The notes beneath the pieces were generated by a model. The model had not been told where the DNA came from. It was given only the letters and a program-made list of their open reading frames with translations, and searched no databases. Position numbers and translations under genes: made by a program. From assembly GCA_907165135.1 (NCBI GenBank), contig OU015566.1, positions 9,114,001 to 9,178,000 on the forward strand: 64,000 nt of DNA, written 5' to 3'. Shown in pieces: positions 62,870 to 64,000 of the stretch. Position 1 is the stretch's first letter. The number at the start of each line of letters is the position of its first letter. Origin of the DNA: Oikopleura dioica (lineage: Eukaryota; Animalia; Chordata).

Positions 62870-63338
62870 TTCCTAATTCCCGAATACTCCTAACCTAGCC
62901 TACCCTACTCAAATTCGGGTTCGACTCGTCTTAAAAATCGAGGTTTTATCGCCAGATTCATCATCAAAAAGATTCAGTAGCTTGCAGATTTGCAGTCAGG
63001 ATAACATAGGTTCTACATTACCACAGTAAAGTACTGTATACATAGATAGATATTAATAGAATATAATAAAGCAAAACCTATTTTACCCAATTTGAGAGTA
63101 AAACTGCAAAATTGATCGTAAAAAATGAGCCATCGTCGATGAAAAATAAATAAAAACCCTGTCAATACTGTTATTTTGATTTTAATCTCTGATAAATGCA
63201 ACATTATTGATTATAACTTCGTTTCCTCTGATGATTCAACCTCTTTTTATTCAATAAAAACGTAAAAATGAAATAAAAATAAAGTTTCGAACCCGAATCA
63301 GGAATCTGCTCAGTTCGGTCTCCTCAAAGTCAACTCTT

Positions 63339-63870
63339 TCAGTGCCACGCTGCGAGTGTTTTCGCGTAGACGATGCTCGACCAATCAACGCGCGGGAACC
63401 AGCCCAGCGCCCAATGACCACGAGGAGGATGCCCCTTTCGCAGACATTTTTCCCTTCTCAAGGAAAATGTGGTCTTGCTCGATTCTCCGAGAAATAAAGA
63501 TTCGGGCGGCTCTACCAGTGAACAAATCATGAAAATAAGCAAAAAATCAAGTGTAAGAGCAACCAAGGCCACGTCAACCAAGCCCGGGGCTCGTTACGTA
63601 ATCGGACAGGAACTGGAAAACCTCGAGTGATACTTCGTTTAGTACCTTCTATCTGTTTTAAAATCAAATACTCAGCCATGTCTTCTTGAACGATCCTTTT
63701 TCTTTCTGACAAGAACAGTAATTGATATCAATACCTAAGGTATCTACGATACTGTCTGGTAGACCGTTGAATTCGAGTGAACTCACTGAGCTCAACTCAG
63801 TTGGAGTGCAAGACTTGTTGATGCTTTCGCAATAGAACTCGAAAACCTTAATCAGCACAGCTACTGAGCT
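63339..63870 (-). CDS. 3' part of a possible spliced membrane-protein gene
   Basis: Short GT-AG introns link ORFs 63664-63858, 63527-63712 and 63339-63581; hydrophobic stretch; no family recognised. Confidence 0.3.
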
Positions 63871-64000
63871 GTAGAATTTATTGGAAGGAAAGCAGATTAT
63901 TTTGAGCGTATAGCTAAGAATCTCTCTTTATGCAAACAGCATATGCCCTAAAAGACAATAAATAGCTTTTGAATGACATATACGAATTACCGGGTATCAT

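Overview
AT-rich, very compact animal genomic DNA with ~40-45 bp GT-AG introns, genes about 60-100 bp apart and 3' splice acceptors immediately before start codons. This fits an appendicularian tunicate, most likely Oikopleura (inference from gene architecture; no database search was run). The left third (1-23 kb) is dominated by DNA transposons. The largest is a 7.1-kb Mutator-like element (597-7697, 9-bp TSD) with a spliced MULE transposase followed by a Ulp1/C48 protease domain. It also carries antisense passengers: an intron-containing Aladin (AAAS)-like fragment, an ISWI-like fragment and an unidentified ORF. Non-autonomous MULE, TTAA-flanked, foldback and hAT-like elements follow, some nested three deep. 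The middle holds a p24/TMED gene, tRNA-Arg(UCU) and an NFI gene preceded by a cluster of NFI consensus sites. From 62.9 to 35.0 kb eleven genes run on the minus strand: hnRNP A, VPS36, striatin, RPF2, IGF2BP, CPSF4, a TAF1C-like gene, an RS-domain cyclophilin, a two-RRM protein, PIG-Y and a KCC transporter; several look operonic. The KCC gene has a 1.7-kb hAT-type element inside a conserved exon. Several 1-bp homopolymer indels in conserved genes suggest consensus errors, so pseudogene calls are cautious. Protein identifications are from recalled family motifs.
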